DNA of 64,000 nucleotides from the human T2T-CHM13v2.0 reference genome, Homo sapiens. The DNA is taken from the NCBI RefSeq assembly GCF_009914755.1, contig NC_060939.1; one strand, written 5' to 3'. The notes beneath the pieces are model-generated. The model worked only from the letters and a program-made list of their open reading frames with translations. It was not told the origin of the DNA and searched no databases. The position numbers and the translations under genes are program-made. This document shows, in pieces, positions 1-16,014 of the stretch. Each line of letters opens with the position of its first letter. Within the stretch, counting starts at the first letter, position 1.

Positions 1-5
1 GCTAA

Positions 6-39
6 TAGCGCACCCTAGCGATAATAGTGTTCCACTGCA
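6..39 (-). promoter_or_regulatory. Candidate CTCF site with upstream (ZF9-11) motif
   Basis: Minus strand TGCAGTGGAACactatta-TCGCTAGGGTGCGCTA resembles the CTCF core plus an upstream TGCAG module 18 bp before it; CpGs retained. Confidence 0.35.
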
Positions 40-81
40 AGGTGTATTGAAGCAAAACTGGTCTTATATTTTTGACATTAA

Positions 82-522
<441 letters not shown>

Positions 523-907
523 TAGATGGCAGATAAAAATTTCCAGAAATGTATTAAGCACCTACATCAAGGCTACCATAGGATATCCTATGGAGGATTA
601 AAAATATATAAGATGTGGTTCCTATATATGCTATTTTGAATTATAGTTTTTGTACATCTTATTTTTATAGAATGTAGAGGGATAATTTCTTATACTGTGT
701 ATTCCCCATACCTTCTTCACTCTGTAAATATTAAGTACACTCAGTAGGTATTTTAAAATAATTAATGCAAAAAGTTAAATACTAATAAGTACAAAAATAC
801 AAGTGATGTCACATTGTATTACCTTTCAAACAAGTGCTATCAACACCTCTGGGTTTGCCTTTTTCTGCATTTTTCTGTATTAAGATGCTTTCAAAGAAAA
901 GAAATGG

Positions 908-1847
908 TATCACTCTGTTGCCCAGGCTGGAGTGCAATGGTGCCAGTATAGCTCTCTGTAACCTTGAACACCTGAGCTCAAGCAATTCTCCCACCTCAGC
1001 CTCTTCAGTAGCTAGAACTACAGCAGTGTACCACCTCATCTTTTTTATTATTATTATTTTGTAGGGCCAGGGCTAGCACTATATTGCGCAGTCTGGTCTT
1101 GAACCGCTGGCCTCATGGTATCTTCTCACCTTAGCCTCCCAAAGCACTAGGATTTCAGGTTTGAACCACTGCACCCAGCAAAATGCTTTTTTATTTTCCT
1201 CAACTCTTATCCAGAAACACAACAAGGGTGATTGTTAAAACAACAAAGAAAATCCTTCAGTGTGGAGACCTCAGAATAGACAGAAGAGAGAACAATCCTA
1301 GGAAATTTACCTTGGGAGTGGTAACAGCAGTATGGAACTAGAAACGGGACTTTTTGCGTTCCTGGGTCAGTCTGTCTGATAAACAGCATTCAAATAGAGT
1401 CCCTGCTTATTCTTAGCACGGCATCTCATTGTGTGCTCGCATGTTAAGCTTGCTCTAAACAAGTCAGGGTTGCAAGTCTGTGGGGGAATATCCAGATCCA
1501 GTTGGAGATGAGTTCTAGCCTTGCAGAAGGACAGTATACTTATTCCTCTTTTCTTTTTTTTTTTTAGACAGAGTTTTGCTCTTGTCGCCCAGGCTGGAGT
1601 GCAACCTCCTCGGCTCACTGCAACCTCCACTTCCTGGGTTCAAGCAATTCTCCTGCCTCAGTAGGAGGCAGTAGCTGGGATTATAGGTGCCCGCCACCAA
1701 GCTCAGCTAATTTTATTGGTATTTTTAGTAGAGATGGGGTTTCATCATGTTGGCCAGGCTAGTCTCAAAACTCCTGACCTCAGGTGATCCGCCCATCTCG
1801 GCCTCCCAAAGTGCTGGGATTACAGGTGTGAGCCACCTCGCCTGGCC
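908..1847 (-). mobile_element. AluJ (about 908-1178) and AluS (about 1548-1847)
   Basis: Alu consensus matches. Confidence 0.85.
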
Positions 1848-1989
1848 TCCTGTTTTCTTAGTGAACTGAAACTTCGTTTTTTTGCTCACACAGATTTTGA
1901 AAAAATTCGTTGCTGGGAAAATAAAAACAACTGGAAAAAATAAAAATTTTAAACTTTGAATTCTAGTTGCATGTAATAGGAAGTTGAGA

Positions 1990-3785
1990 ATGAACTCAAG
2001 TACATTTTATATATGATAAAGGTGACATCTCAGATAGTTCGGACAAAGATGGACCCTCTTAGAAATAGTGTCCAGAGAACCAGATTAGATGGTTAAAAAT
2101 AATAATAAAATTGAACCACAAACAGGAATAAACTCCAAATGGATCAGAGATCTAAATATAAAAAGTGAAATCATACAAGTACTAGAAGAAAACATGGATG
2201 AATTCCTTTAAACCTGGGTGTGAGAAGAGGCTTTCTAATTATAATTCAACATCCAGATGTAATTTTTGAAAAGATTGAAAAATTTAACTACAAAACATTG
2301 AAAGAACTTTTATGGAATTAAAACTATAAAGTCAAAATCAGTGAGATAAAATATTTAAAATATATTTCACAGATAAAGAGCTAATATCTTGGATATATTA
2401 AAAATGCTTAAAAATCAAGGGAAAATAGAATTTAAAACAATAGAAAAATGGGCAAAAAATATAAGGTAGCTACTATACAGCTAAAATTATAAAGACTAAC
2501 AGCATCCAATGTTTGTGAGGACGTGGAGCAACCAGAGCTCTCATACATTGTTGGTGGGAATGTAAATGGTACATTCATGTTGAAAAAAAGATCTGGACAT
2601 TTCTTTCAAACTAAACATATATCTATCCTATGAATCAGCAGTTTGACTTCAAGATATGTACCCAAAAGAAATGAAAACATATTTTCACAAAAAGACTAAC
2701 TCAAGAATGTTCAAAGTAGTTTTATTTATAATATCCCAAAATAGGAAACAGCTCAGGTCCGAAAGAGAACAGACTACAGACTGTACTATGTTCATAAGTG
2801 GAATATCACTCAACACTAAAAATAAACTAATACACAAAACAACATGGATGAATCTCAAAAACAATATGCTGAATGAAATAAACCTTGCCAAAGCATCATA
2901 TTATATGATTCTATTTATGTGAGGAAGTCTTATGGAAAAGAGAACATACTGGATTATTCCAGTTATATAAAACTCTAGCACAAGACACACTAATCTATGA
3001 TAGAAAAAAATCAGAACAATGGTTGCCTCTGAGTAGACAGGGGCTGGTATTAGCTGGTAAGAGTATAGAGAGTAATGATAATGTTCTATATCTTAATAGG
3101 GTTTTGGGTTACACAGGTGCCTGCATTTGTCAAAATTCCATGAATGTACACTTAAGATTTGTGCATTTCATTGAATGTACATTTTATATCAAAATTAAAA
3201 ACTGGCCAGGCACAGTGGCTTACATGCCTTTCCCAGCACTTTGGGAGGTCAAGGCAGGAGCATTGCTTGGGCCCAAGAGTTCAAGACCAGCCTGGGCAAT
3301 ATAGTGAGAACCCTTCTCTACAAAAATAGAAACAAACTAGTTGGGTATAGTGGCATGCACCTGTAGTCCCAGCCACTTGGGAGGCTGAGGTGAGAGGATT
3401 GTGCCCAGATGATTGGGGCTGAAGTGAGGTGTGATCGCACCACTGCACTGCAGCCTGTGCAACAGAGTGAGACCCTGTCTCAAAAAAAAAAAAAAAAAAG
3501 AAAAGAAAAAGAAAAAGAAAAAACCTGCAAAAAATATTGAGTTCTAGTTAATTATATGCATGCAAAATACATTGGGGGGCATATGTATTAATTATTGCAA
3601 TTGACTTTGAATTTCCTCCCAAAAATAAGAGGGATTGATGAATGAATAGAGGGATGGATAGGTGGATAGATATACAATAAAGCAAGTATAGCAAATTATT
3701 ATTGGTAGAATCTTGGTGGTGGTATATGGATGGTCACTATAAAGTTCTTTCAACTTTGCTGTATGTTTAAAAATATTCATAATAG
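1990..3785 (+). mobile_element. Old L1M (MC/ME-type) ORF2 C-terminus and 3'UTR fragments, interrupted by AluJ 3204-3522
   Basis: Degenerate ORF2 peptide (YPKEMKTYFHKKTNSRMF...TWMNLKNNMLNE) and L1M 3' motifs. Confidence 0.75.
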
Positions 3786-4261
3786 ACCAGTTTTGTGGCT
3801 TATGCCTGTAATCTCAGCACTTTGGGAGGCTATCATGGGAGGATCACTTGAGACCAGGAGTTCAAGACCAGCCTGGGCAACACAGTAAGACCCCATATCT
3901 ACAAAAAATTTAAAAATAATAAAAAATTAGCCTTTCATAGTGTTGCATGCCTGTGGTCCTATCTACTTGGGAGGCGGAAGTGGGAGGATCACTTGAGCCC
4001 AGGAGTTCAAGGTTATAATGAGCTGTGCTTACACCACTGCACTTGAGCCTGGGCAACAGAGTAACACTCTGTCTATAAAAAAAGAAGAGAAAAGAAAATA
4101 TTCATAATAAAATATTGGAAAAAAATATTTCACAACCATGTTAAGGAGCCATCTTGGAAACCAGTCCTCTGATCAACATCTACTTAGGATCCAGCAGGGC
4201 TGCAAATGCACGGAGTGTTCAGTTCTACCCAGGGCTGAGGGCAGTGCACACCACCTTTCTG

Positions 4262-5050
4262 TGCTGATGTAACAAATGAACACCAACCTAGTGGCTTAAA
4301 CAACACAACATTTTTATCTTACAGCCTTGTTGGTCAGGAAGTCCAACATGGGTCTTACTGGGCTTAAATGAAGGAATTGGTAGGGCTGCCTTCCTTCTTA
4401 GAGGCACAAGGAGAGAATTTGATCCCTTGCCTTTTCCAGCTTCTAGAGGCTGCCCATATTCCCCAGCTGATGGCCCACTTTCTCCATCTTCAAAGTCAGC
4501 AGCAACAGTGGGCCAAGTCCTCATGGTACGTCTCTCTGACCCAGGCTTCTGCAAGCCTCTTCTCCTTTTAAGAATCCGTGTGATTAGCTGGGCGTGGTGG
4601 CTCACGCCTGTAATCCCAGCACTTTGGGAGGCCAAGGCCGGTGGATCATGAGGTCAGAAGTTTGAGACCAGCCTGACCAACATGGTGAAACTCCATCTCT
4701 AAAAATACAAAAATTAGCCAGGCCTGATGGTGCGCACCTGTAATCCCAGCTACTCAGGAGGCTGAGGCAGGAGAATTGCTTGAACCTGGGAGGCAGAGGT
4801 TGCCGTGAGCCGAGATTGCGCCACTGCCCTCCAGCCTGGGCGACAGAGCAAGACTCCATCTCAGAAAAAAAAAAAAAAAAAAAAAAATCCATGTGATTAA
4901 TTTGGGCCCACTTGGATAATCCAGAAAACTCTCCATCTGAAGGTTTGCACACATAATCACATCTATAAAGTCCCTTTTGCCATGTAAGGTAAACATGTTC
5001 ACAGGTTACAGGGTAGAACATGAACATCCTGTAGAGGCAAGTGGACATTG
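4262..5050. mobile_element. MLT1-type MaLR LTR split by the Alu at 4587-4887
   Basis: MLT1 motifs: gtaacaaat...tagtggcttaaacaacac, ccttttccagcttctagaggctgcc, gggcccacttggataatccag, ttttgccatgtaaggtaac. Confidence 0.8.
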
Positions 5051-5314
5051 TTGTGTGCCTGCCAGAGGGAGCGTCAAAAAACAACATTCCTCCAGGAAGT
5101 AAAGCTTGAGTTCAACTCTTAAATTTTCTTGCATCTTTTAATTTGCATTCATAATATTATTCATTTATATATCCTTGCTTTTGTCATTTCTGCATTATTT
5201 ATTTCTATGTTAGAACTTGGGGATTTCTTCAAGAAATGGCTGTAAATCTCCTATGGTTTGTGTTATCTTTGCTAAGAATTATAACAAAACATTTGAAAAA
5301 TTCAAATCAGGCTT

Positions 5315-5695
5315 TGATATGGTTTGGCTCTGTGTCACCACCCAAATCTCACCTCAAACTGTAATCCCCATATCCCCACGTGTCAAGGGCGGGAGCAGGT
5401 GGGGGCAATTGGATCATGAGGATGGTTCCCACCATGCTGTTCTCGTGATAGTGAGTGAGTTCTCACGAGATCAGGTGGTTTTATAAGCATCTGGCATTTC
5501 CCCTGCTTGCACTCACTCTGTCCTCCCGCCTTGTGAAGAAGGTGCCTCCTGCTTCTCCTTTGCCTTCTGCCATGATTGTAAGTTTCCTGAGGCTTCCCCA
5601 GCAATGTGGAACTGTGAGTCAATTAAACTTCTTTCCTTTGTAAATTACCCAGTCTCAGGTATTTCTTCAGAGCAGTGTGAGAAGGGATTAATACA
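5315..5695 (+). mobile_element. MST-type (MSTA-like) MaLR solo LTR
   Basis: Starts TGATATGGTTTGGCTCTGTGTC, ends TAATACA; 5-bp TSD ggctt at 5310-5314 and 5696-5700. Confidence 0.9.
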
Positions 5696-7623
5696 GGCTT
5701 ATTTTGATGCTCCTTTAATTGTTGGTTTGACCTTGTGCCATTTCATACACTGGACACTAATTGTGTTGGTCTTTTGCAAATTATAAATCCCACTCTGCAG
5801 GAGCAAATTTATTAACTTTTACATGCCACCTAGCCTAGAGTCATGCACAGACAATAATTAGGAGAAAATAAAAATAAAAACTAGGCTGGGGGGCGGTGGC
5901 TCATGCCTGCAATCCCACTAGTTTGGGAGGCTGAGACAGACGGATCAATTGAGCTTAGGAGTTTGAGACCAGCTTGGGCAACATGGCAAAACCCCAGCTC
6001 TACAAAAAATACAAAAATTAACCAGGTATGGTGGTGCACGCCTGTAGTCCCAGCTACTTGGGAGGCTGAGGTGGGAGGATCTCTCGAGCCTGGAGGCAGA
6101 GGCTGCAGTGAGTCAAGATTGTGTCACTGCACTCCAGCCTGGGAGACAGATTGAGACTTGTCTCTAATAAATAAATAAATAGTAAACATAGGGATTTCCC
6201 TATCTTTCAACCATGTTAACTCACCTAAGCATTAATCCCTCATAGACCATAAAACTGAGTTTCAAAACAATAGTAGCTGCTGTTCAAAATATCTCCAGTA
6301 TTTCTCTCTCTCTCATTTGATTCCAGCCCTAATTAGAATCAATGACTTTGATGGATGAAATCCACAAGGAAGTACATAGGAAGCAAGAAGCCAAGAGGGC
6401 AAGATTGGAACCTGGATAAAAGCCAACATTTAAAAGGAAGATGGAAGGACAGGATTGAGGAGAGGCCATTGGGTAGGACAGTCTGACCTGTGTGAAAAGT
6501 GTTCCTGCTGAGCTCCCAGATCCTCTTTCCTTGCCTCTTACTTCACTGTGTTTACTTTTACCCAGAGGCTCCTCCTGGAAGGATCTCAGAACATTTTGGG
6601 TTATTCTCAGCTACCCCTTGCCTATTCTTTCCTGACAGGAAAAATTCTAGTCCACTCCAACTACAAATGTCAGGAGGAGGATTTGGTAGACCATTTTCTT
6701 TTTTTTCTGATTTTATTTATTTGTTTGTTTAATAGAAAATATATTCATATAGTGCAACATTCTAAAGGTCAAAAGGTATTAAAAAGAGTATATTGTGAGG
6801 CAGGAGGACTGCTTGTGCCCAGGAGTTCGAGACCAGCCTGGGCAACATAGTGAGGCCTTGTCTCTACAAAAATTAAAATTAAAATAAAATTAACTAGACA
6901 TAGTCCTAGATACTTGGGAGGCTGAGGTGGGAGGATTGCTTGAGCCTAAGAGGTCAAGGCTGCAGTGAGCTGTGATCATGTCACTGCACTCCAGCCTGGG
7001 CGACAGAGTGAGACCCTGTCTCGAAAAAAAAATATATATATATATTTATATTTATATATATAGTGAAGAGTAAGCCTCCTTTCCATCCACATCTCCCATG
7101 GATGTTCCCTGACTTTTATTACTGGTTTCTTATACATGGTATGGGAGCCAGAGATAACCTCCAACCTCTCTTTTAGCTCTTAGTGTGCTCTTCAGCTGGA
7201 TCTAAAAACCACATTGACCTGTGGTTAACCAGAGAAAAGTATACAAATTTTATTAGTTTTACATGTGTATTGCCTCCAGCTCCGTCTCTGGTGATAAGGA
7301 CTGTTTTCTCACCCTGGTGTAGAAAGGATCCCCTTCTCAGAAGAATCTTGATTTCTTGCTGCATGCAAAGTTCAAATGGTATTAAAACATTCAAACAAAA
7401 GGCATTAAAACATTCAAAAGGTATGAAAAGAGTATATTGTGAGGCAGGAGGGTCACTTGAGCCCAGGAGTTCAAGACCAGCCTGGGAAACATAGTGAGAC
7501 GCCATCTCTACAAAAAATTTCAAAACTAGTCAGGCATGATGGTGTGCACCTGTATTCCCAACTACTTGGGAGGCTGAGGGGGGAGGATCCCTTGAGCCCA
7601 GAGTTCAAGGTTACAGTGAGCTA

Positions 7624-7827
<204 letters not shown>

Positions 7828-7870
7828 TTAGCTGGGCATGGTGGTGCGTGCCTGTAGTCCCAGCTTCTTA

Positions 7871-7975
<105 letters not shown>

Positions 7976-8909
7976 TCAAAAATAAATAAATAAAATAAAA
8001 ATAATAAAATGGGTAATTATTATTAACTAAAGTCCATAGTTTGTCCAAATATCCTTAGTTTTTACCTAGTGTCCTTTTTCTGTTCTGGGATCTCATCCAG
8101 GGTACCACCTCACATCTATGACTTGGCTATGACTTGGACAGCTTTGAGGAATATTGTTAAGTATGTTGTAGCTTGTCTCTCTATTGGAATGTGATGTTTT
8201 TCTTATTATTAGACTGGAGTTAAGGGTTTTAGGGAGGAAAACCACATAAAGTACCATTTCATCATATCATATCAAGGTTACATACCATCAGCGTGATTCT
8301 ATCACTACTGATATTTACCTTGCTCACCTGGTTGAGGTAATGTTTGTTAGGTTTCTTCACTGTAAAGTTTTTTTTTTTTTTTTTTTTCTCCGTTTCATAT
8401 TGTATTCTTTAGAAGGAACTCACTGTAGTCCATACTTTGGCCAGGCGTGGTGGCTCTTAGGGAGGCCGAGGCGGGTGAATCGCTTGAGCTCAGGAGTTCG
8501 AGACCAGCCTGGGCAACTGGTAAAACCCTGACTGTACAAAAAAATACAAAAAATTAGCTGGGCATGGTGGCACACGCCTGCAGTTCCAGCTAATTGGGGG
8601 TCTGAGGTGGGAGGATCCCTTGAGCCCAGGAGGTTGAGGCTGCAGGACGTTGAGATAACGTCACTGTACTTCAGCCTGGGCAACAAAGTGAGACCCTGTC
8701 TTAAAAAAAAAAAAAAAAAGCTCATAACAGCTTTATTCCGAATGGCAAATTTAGAAACAACCCAGATGCCTATCAATAGGAGAGTGGGTAAATTATGTAC
8801 TCACACAACTAGATACTAACTAGCAATAAGAAGAAAGACCTACTGGAACATACAACATGGATGAATCTCAAAGGTGAAAAACTTGAACACAAATAGATAC
8901 TGTATGTTA

Positions 8910-10224
<1,315 letters not shown>

Positions 10225-10225
<1 letters not shown>

Positions 10226-10847
10226 TAATCCATAATATTTTCATCAACCCAGTAAGAAACCCCATACCCATTAGCAGTCATCCCCTACTCCCCTGTCTTC
10301 CCAACCCCTGACAACCACTAATCTACTGTTTGTCTCTATGGATTTGTCTAATTCTGGACATTGGATATAAATGGAATCATACAATATATGGTCTTTTGTG
10401 ACTGGCTTCTTTCACTGAGCATAATGTTTACAAGATTTACCCATGCTATGGCATGCATCAGAATGTCATTCCTTTTTATGGGTGCATAATATTCCATTGT
10501 ATGGATAGGTATATTATTTATCCATTCATTGGTTGATGGACAATTGGGTAGTTTCCAGTTTTGGGCTATTATGAATAATGCTGCTATGCACATTTTTGTA
10601 TAAGTTTTTTTTTGTGTGTGTGTGTGTGAAGATGTTTCAAATTCTCTTGAAATTTTAATTTGGGAGAAGAATTGCTAAGTCATCTGGTAACAGATCTTAT
10701 CAGGAACTGCCCATCTGTTTTTTAAAGCAGCTGTACCATTTTATATCCTCACCAGTGATGTATAAGGGTTCCACTTTCTCCACATCCTTGCCAACACATT
10801 ATTGCCCATCTTTTTGATTATAGCCATTCTGGTAGGTGTGAAGCAGT

Positions 10848-10848
<1 letters not shown>
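10225..10848 (-). mobile_element. L1MB-type 3' fragment
   Basis: ORF 10348..10593 (ALFIIAQNWK.P.CPS..EWIN..HTMEYY) is an L1 ORF2 C-terminus. Confidence 0.85.
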
Positions 10849-11478
<630 letters not shown>

Positions 11479-11496
11479 CATTGTTTCACTATGTAG

Positions 11497-12316
<820 letters not shown>

Positions 12317-12363
12317 ACTTGTTTTTATTTCTTGATTTGTCACCTTCAAGTGATACCTTTTTA

Positions 12364-13536
12364 TTTATTTTTAATTTTTTTTTAAGTTTACACAATAATT
12401 TATTGAGAGCCTCCTCTCCCCACCCTTGCAGTCTCTGGTCACATTTTACTTTTGTAGATTTTGCATGTCAGCCCTAGAAAGATGGCTGGGGACAGGGGAG
12501 CTGCGTACTGTTCAATGAGACCCATAATGTGGCTGTAACTGTCTTCCTATTATTGCAAGAACACGGCCGGCAGATCCAGCTCCTCATATACTGCCTTCAC
12601 CTGGGCCACCTTCTTGGCCTCCTTCTGTCTGTAATTCTCCTTCAGGATCTGGTAGTGTTCCGGAGTGGCCCGTTGCAGACACTGAACCAGCAGCCAGCTG
12701 CATTTATTGTCCTGGATGTCAGTGCCAACTTTGCTGGTCACACTGGGGTCCCCAAAAGAGGTGAAGGTAATCATCCTGATCTGGAAGAACTCTCCCTCTC
12801 CCATCTCCAGCAGGATCTTCTTGGCATTGTCGTGCTCCTTCTCGCCATCAATGCCTGCCATGTACATGGCTGCAGCTACAGGAATGTAGAAGTAGAAACT
12901 GCCTTGTACTTGACAGTAGATTTGTACCTCTTTTCAGTGAATCTGCCAAGATCCGCATTGCCCTGGGGGGCTGTGATGAGGTCCAGGGTCTGCCCAATCT
13001 CAGTCTGATAGAAACTCTGCCGGAAGAGCTGGATCAGGTTCTGGCAATAGGGCTGCTCCCAGCAATAGAGCTTCAGCAGGCAGTAGATACATGCTTCCAC
13101 AAGGATAGCATCACTGATGGCATCCAAACCCACGCCCGGCTTCTGAAACCAGCAGATCTGTTACCAGCGGTGAGCAATGAATCCGTGATGTCATTTGCCA
13201 CCAGGAACAAAGCTTGCAGCAGTTCCACACACCAGCCCACAGTCAGGGCCCGCTGGAGACTCTCAGCATCATGTTTCCTTGGCTCCACCAGCTCCCAGAA
13301 CGCTACTAGCACTGTCAAACCCCGGTGATACTTGCCTCCAATGGCATTGTACTACAGGATCTCCTTCAGCTGGGTGATAGCATCTCCTGTCTATGGGTGC
13401 CTCATCTCATCCCCAATGATCTGGGAGAAGTACTGAACGAAATCCTGCTTTTCTTGGACATAAACATCTGATCTCTGGTCTCCATTCATTCTGAGGGAGG
13501 AGCAAAGGGCTTTGTTCCTGGATGCGGGTTTCTGCC
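12364..13536 (-). pseudogene. FDPSP4: Processed farnesyl diphosphate synthase (FDPS) pseudogene
   Basis: Intronless. ATG at 13489 (MNGDQRSDVYVQEKQDFVQYFSQI...), degenerate CDS to TGA at 12439-12441, in-frame TAG stops and frameshifts, AATAAA at 12399-12404, poly(A) remnant 12364-12383, 13-bp TSD tgataccttttta at 12351-12363 and 13537-13549. The symbol FDPSP4 is from recall of the locus next to UBR1 and is less certain than the FDPS identity. Confidence 0.93.
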
Positions 13537-14087
13537 TGATACCTTTTTAATTCTGGCGAAAACCACTGATGTAATTAGTGAGCTTGTTTAACTTTCCACC
13601 CACTTGCCCTTTTTCTCCTATTTTTTGTTAGTTGTAATAATTCTACATCATTAGAGCATCCAATTTTGTCTCTCATCCCTCCATCTGTACAATTAAACAT
13701 ATGCAACACTCACCCCCAGACCTTATGCCAAGGCTTCTATAATCATTTACGATTGTCTGAAGCTTGCTCACTGGTAAATTTCTTAGGAAAGGCTCATGGG
13801 AAAAAATATTCCCTGAGTATTAGCATGCTCTGAACTATCTGTGTGGACTTTATGCTTGGATAGTTTGTCTGGATGTGAAAATCCTTTGGTGTTGACTCTT
13901 CTGGGTTTTTACAATGTTCTCTTTCAAAATGTGTTCAAGTTTTTTTTTTCCCCCAAGAAATTTTAACCTAATTATAGTTTTCCATTTGTGTTCTGTTCCA
14001 TTGCTTTTTCTTTCTTCAGGGACTCCAATGAATATATATCAAATCTTCTTTATCCTAAATCCTTTTTTTCTCCTTCCCTGCCCCCTG

Positions 14088-14737
<650 letters not shown>

Positions 14738-15125
14738 CCCTCATAGAATATTTTAAAGCTTAAAACTAAAGCAATTGCATCTAACCTTTTAAAAATTCCA
14801 GGTACCCTTTTCTCAAATGAAAGCTTACACAGAAACTCAAAATGAAAAATCACAACTATCCAGCTTTGGCACTCTTTCCCCTCTCGGGCCTACGTTTCTC
14901 CCAGAATCTTTGGCACTTAGTCTGAAAATCACCAAGCTAAAAAGAAAGCAAACTCTTCATTTTATGAAGAGTCATGGCTCAGAAATGGAAGAAAACCACC
15001 CTGCTTATTTTAAGGCTCAATCCCACAAGATTGATTCCAGATCGAGGGTGAGAACTGGGCATTTGTATTTTGTTAATACTCTCTAGGTGACTGTAATGCA
15101 CAGTTAAGTTTGAGAACCATCACAC

Positions 15126-15632
15126 TAGATGTATACTGCCCAATATGGTAGCCACCAGCCATACATGACTACATTTAAATTAACTAAAAATTAAAAATTC
15201 AGGCCCTCAGTTGCACTAGCCACATCACAAGTGTTCAACAGCCACATGAGAATAGTGACTGCCATTCCATATGGTAAATACACACAGAACATTTTTTTTT
15301 TCTTTGAGACAGAGTCTCACTCTCTCACCCAGGCTGGAGTACAATGGTGTGATCTCGGCTCACTGCAAGCTCCGCCTCCTGGGTTCACGCCATTCTCCTG
15401 CCTCAGCCACCTGAGTAGCTGGGACTACAGATGCCCGCCACCAAGCCTGGCTAATTTTTTGTATTTTTAGTAGACACGGGGTTTCACCGTGTTAGCCAGG
15501 ATGGTCTTGATCTCCTGACCTCGTGATCCCCCCACTTTGGCCTCCCAAAGTCATGCGATTACAGGCTTGAGCCACTGCGCCCGGCCAGAACATTCCTATT
15601 ATTGCAAAACTCTTCTGGATACTGCTGCTCTA
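15126..15632. mobile_element. MER3-like hAT element split by AluY 15292-15586
   Basis: ccaatatggtagccaccagccatacatg...ctagccacat...gccacatg motifs; Alu TSD cagaacatt. Confidence 0.7.
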
Positions 15633-16014
15633 GACAGCTGTCTCCATATTAGAGCGTGCATACCCAAAAGGATGCAGATTGGATTGGAAGATATTTAAAT
15701 ATCTATTTCTATTTTTAACTGATTTTTAAATCTCCTTTTAAAGCTATGTTTTATAATTTGCATGATGTATTAGTAAAGCACTGCATATAGAATATAAAAT
15801 ATGTGTTATGTGTTTATATTCTATTTGGTATGCATGCTAAAAACTATTTATTGATGGAGTATATGGCTAAAAAGTTTGGAGACCCATGTATACTAAACAC
15901 CTATGTCTTTTAAAACATTTGCCTCGGCTGACAAAGGTTTCAACTGGAGAGTCTTCCTAGCAGATTTTTATACTTCAAACCCAAATCCCCAAACATGAGA
16001 AGTCCCTATTTTTC

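Noticed and set aside
12529-13008. 159-aa plus-strand ORF
   Set aside because: Antisense shadow frame of the FDPS pseudogene
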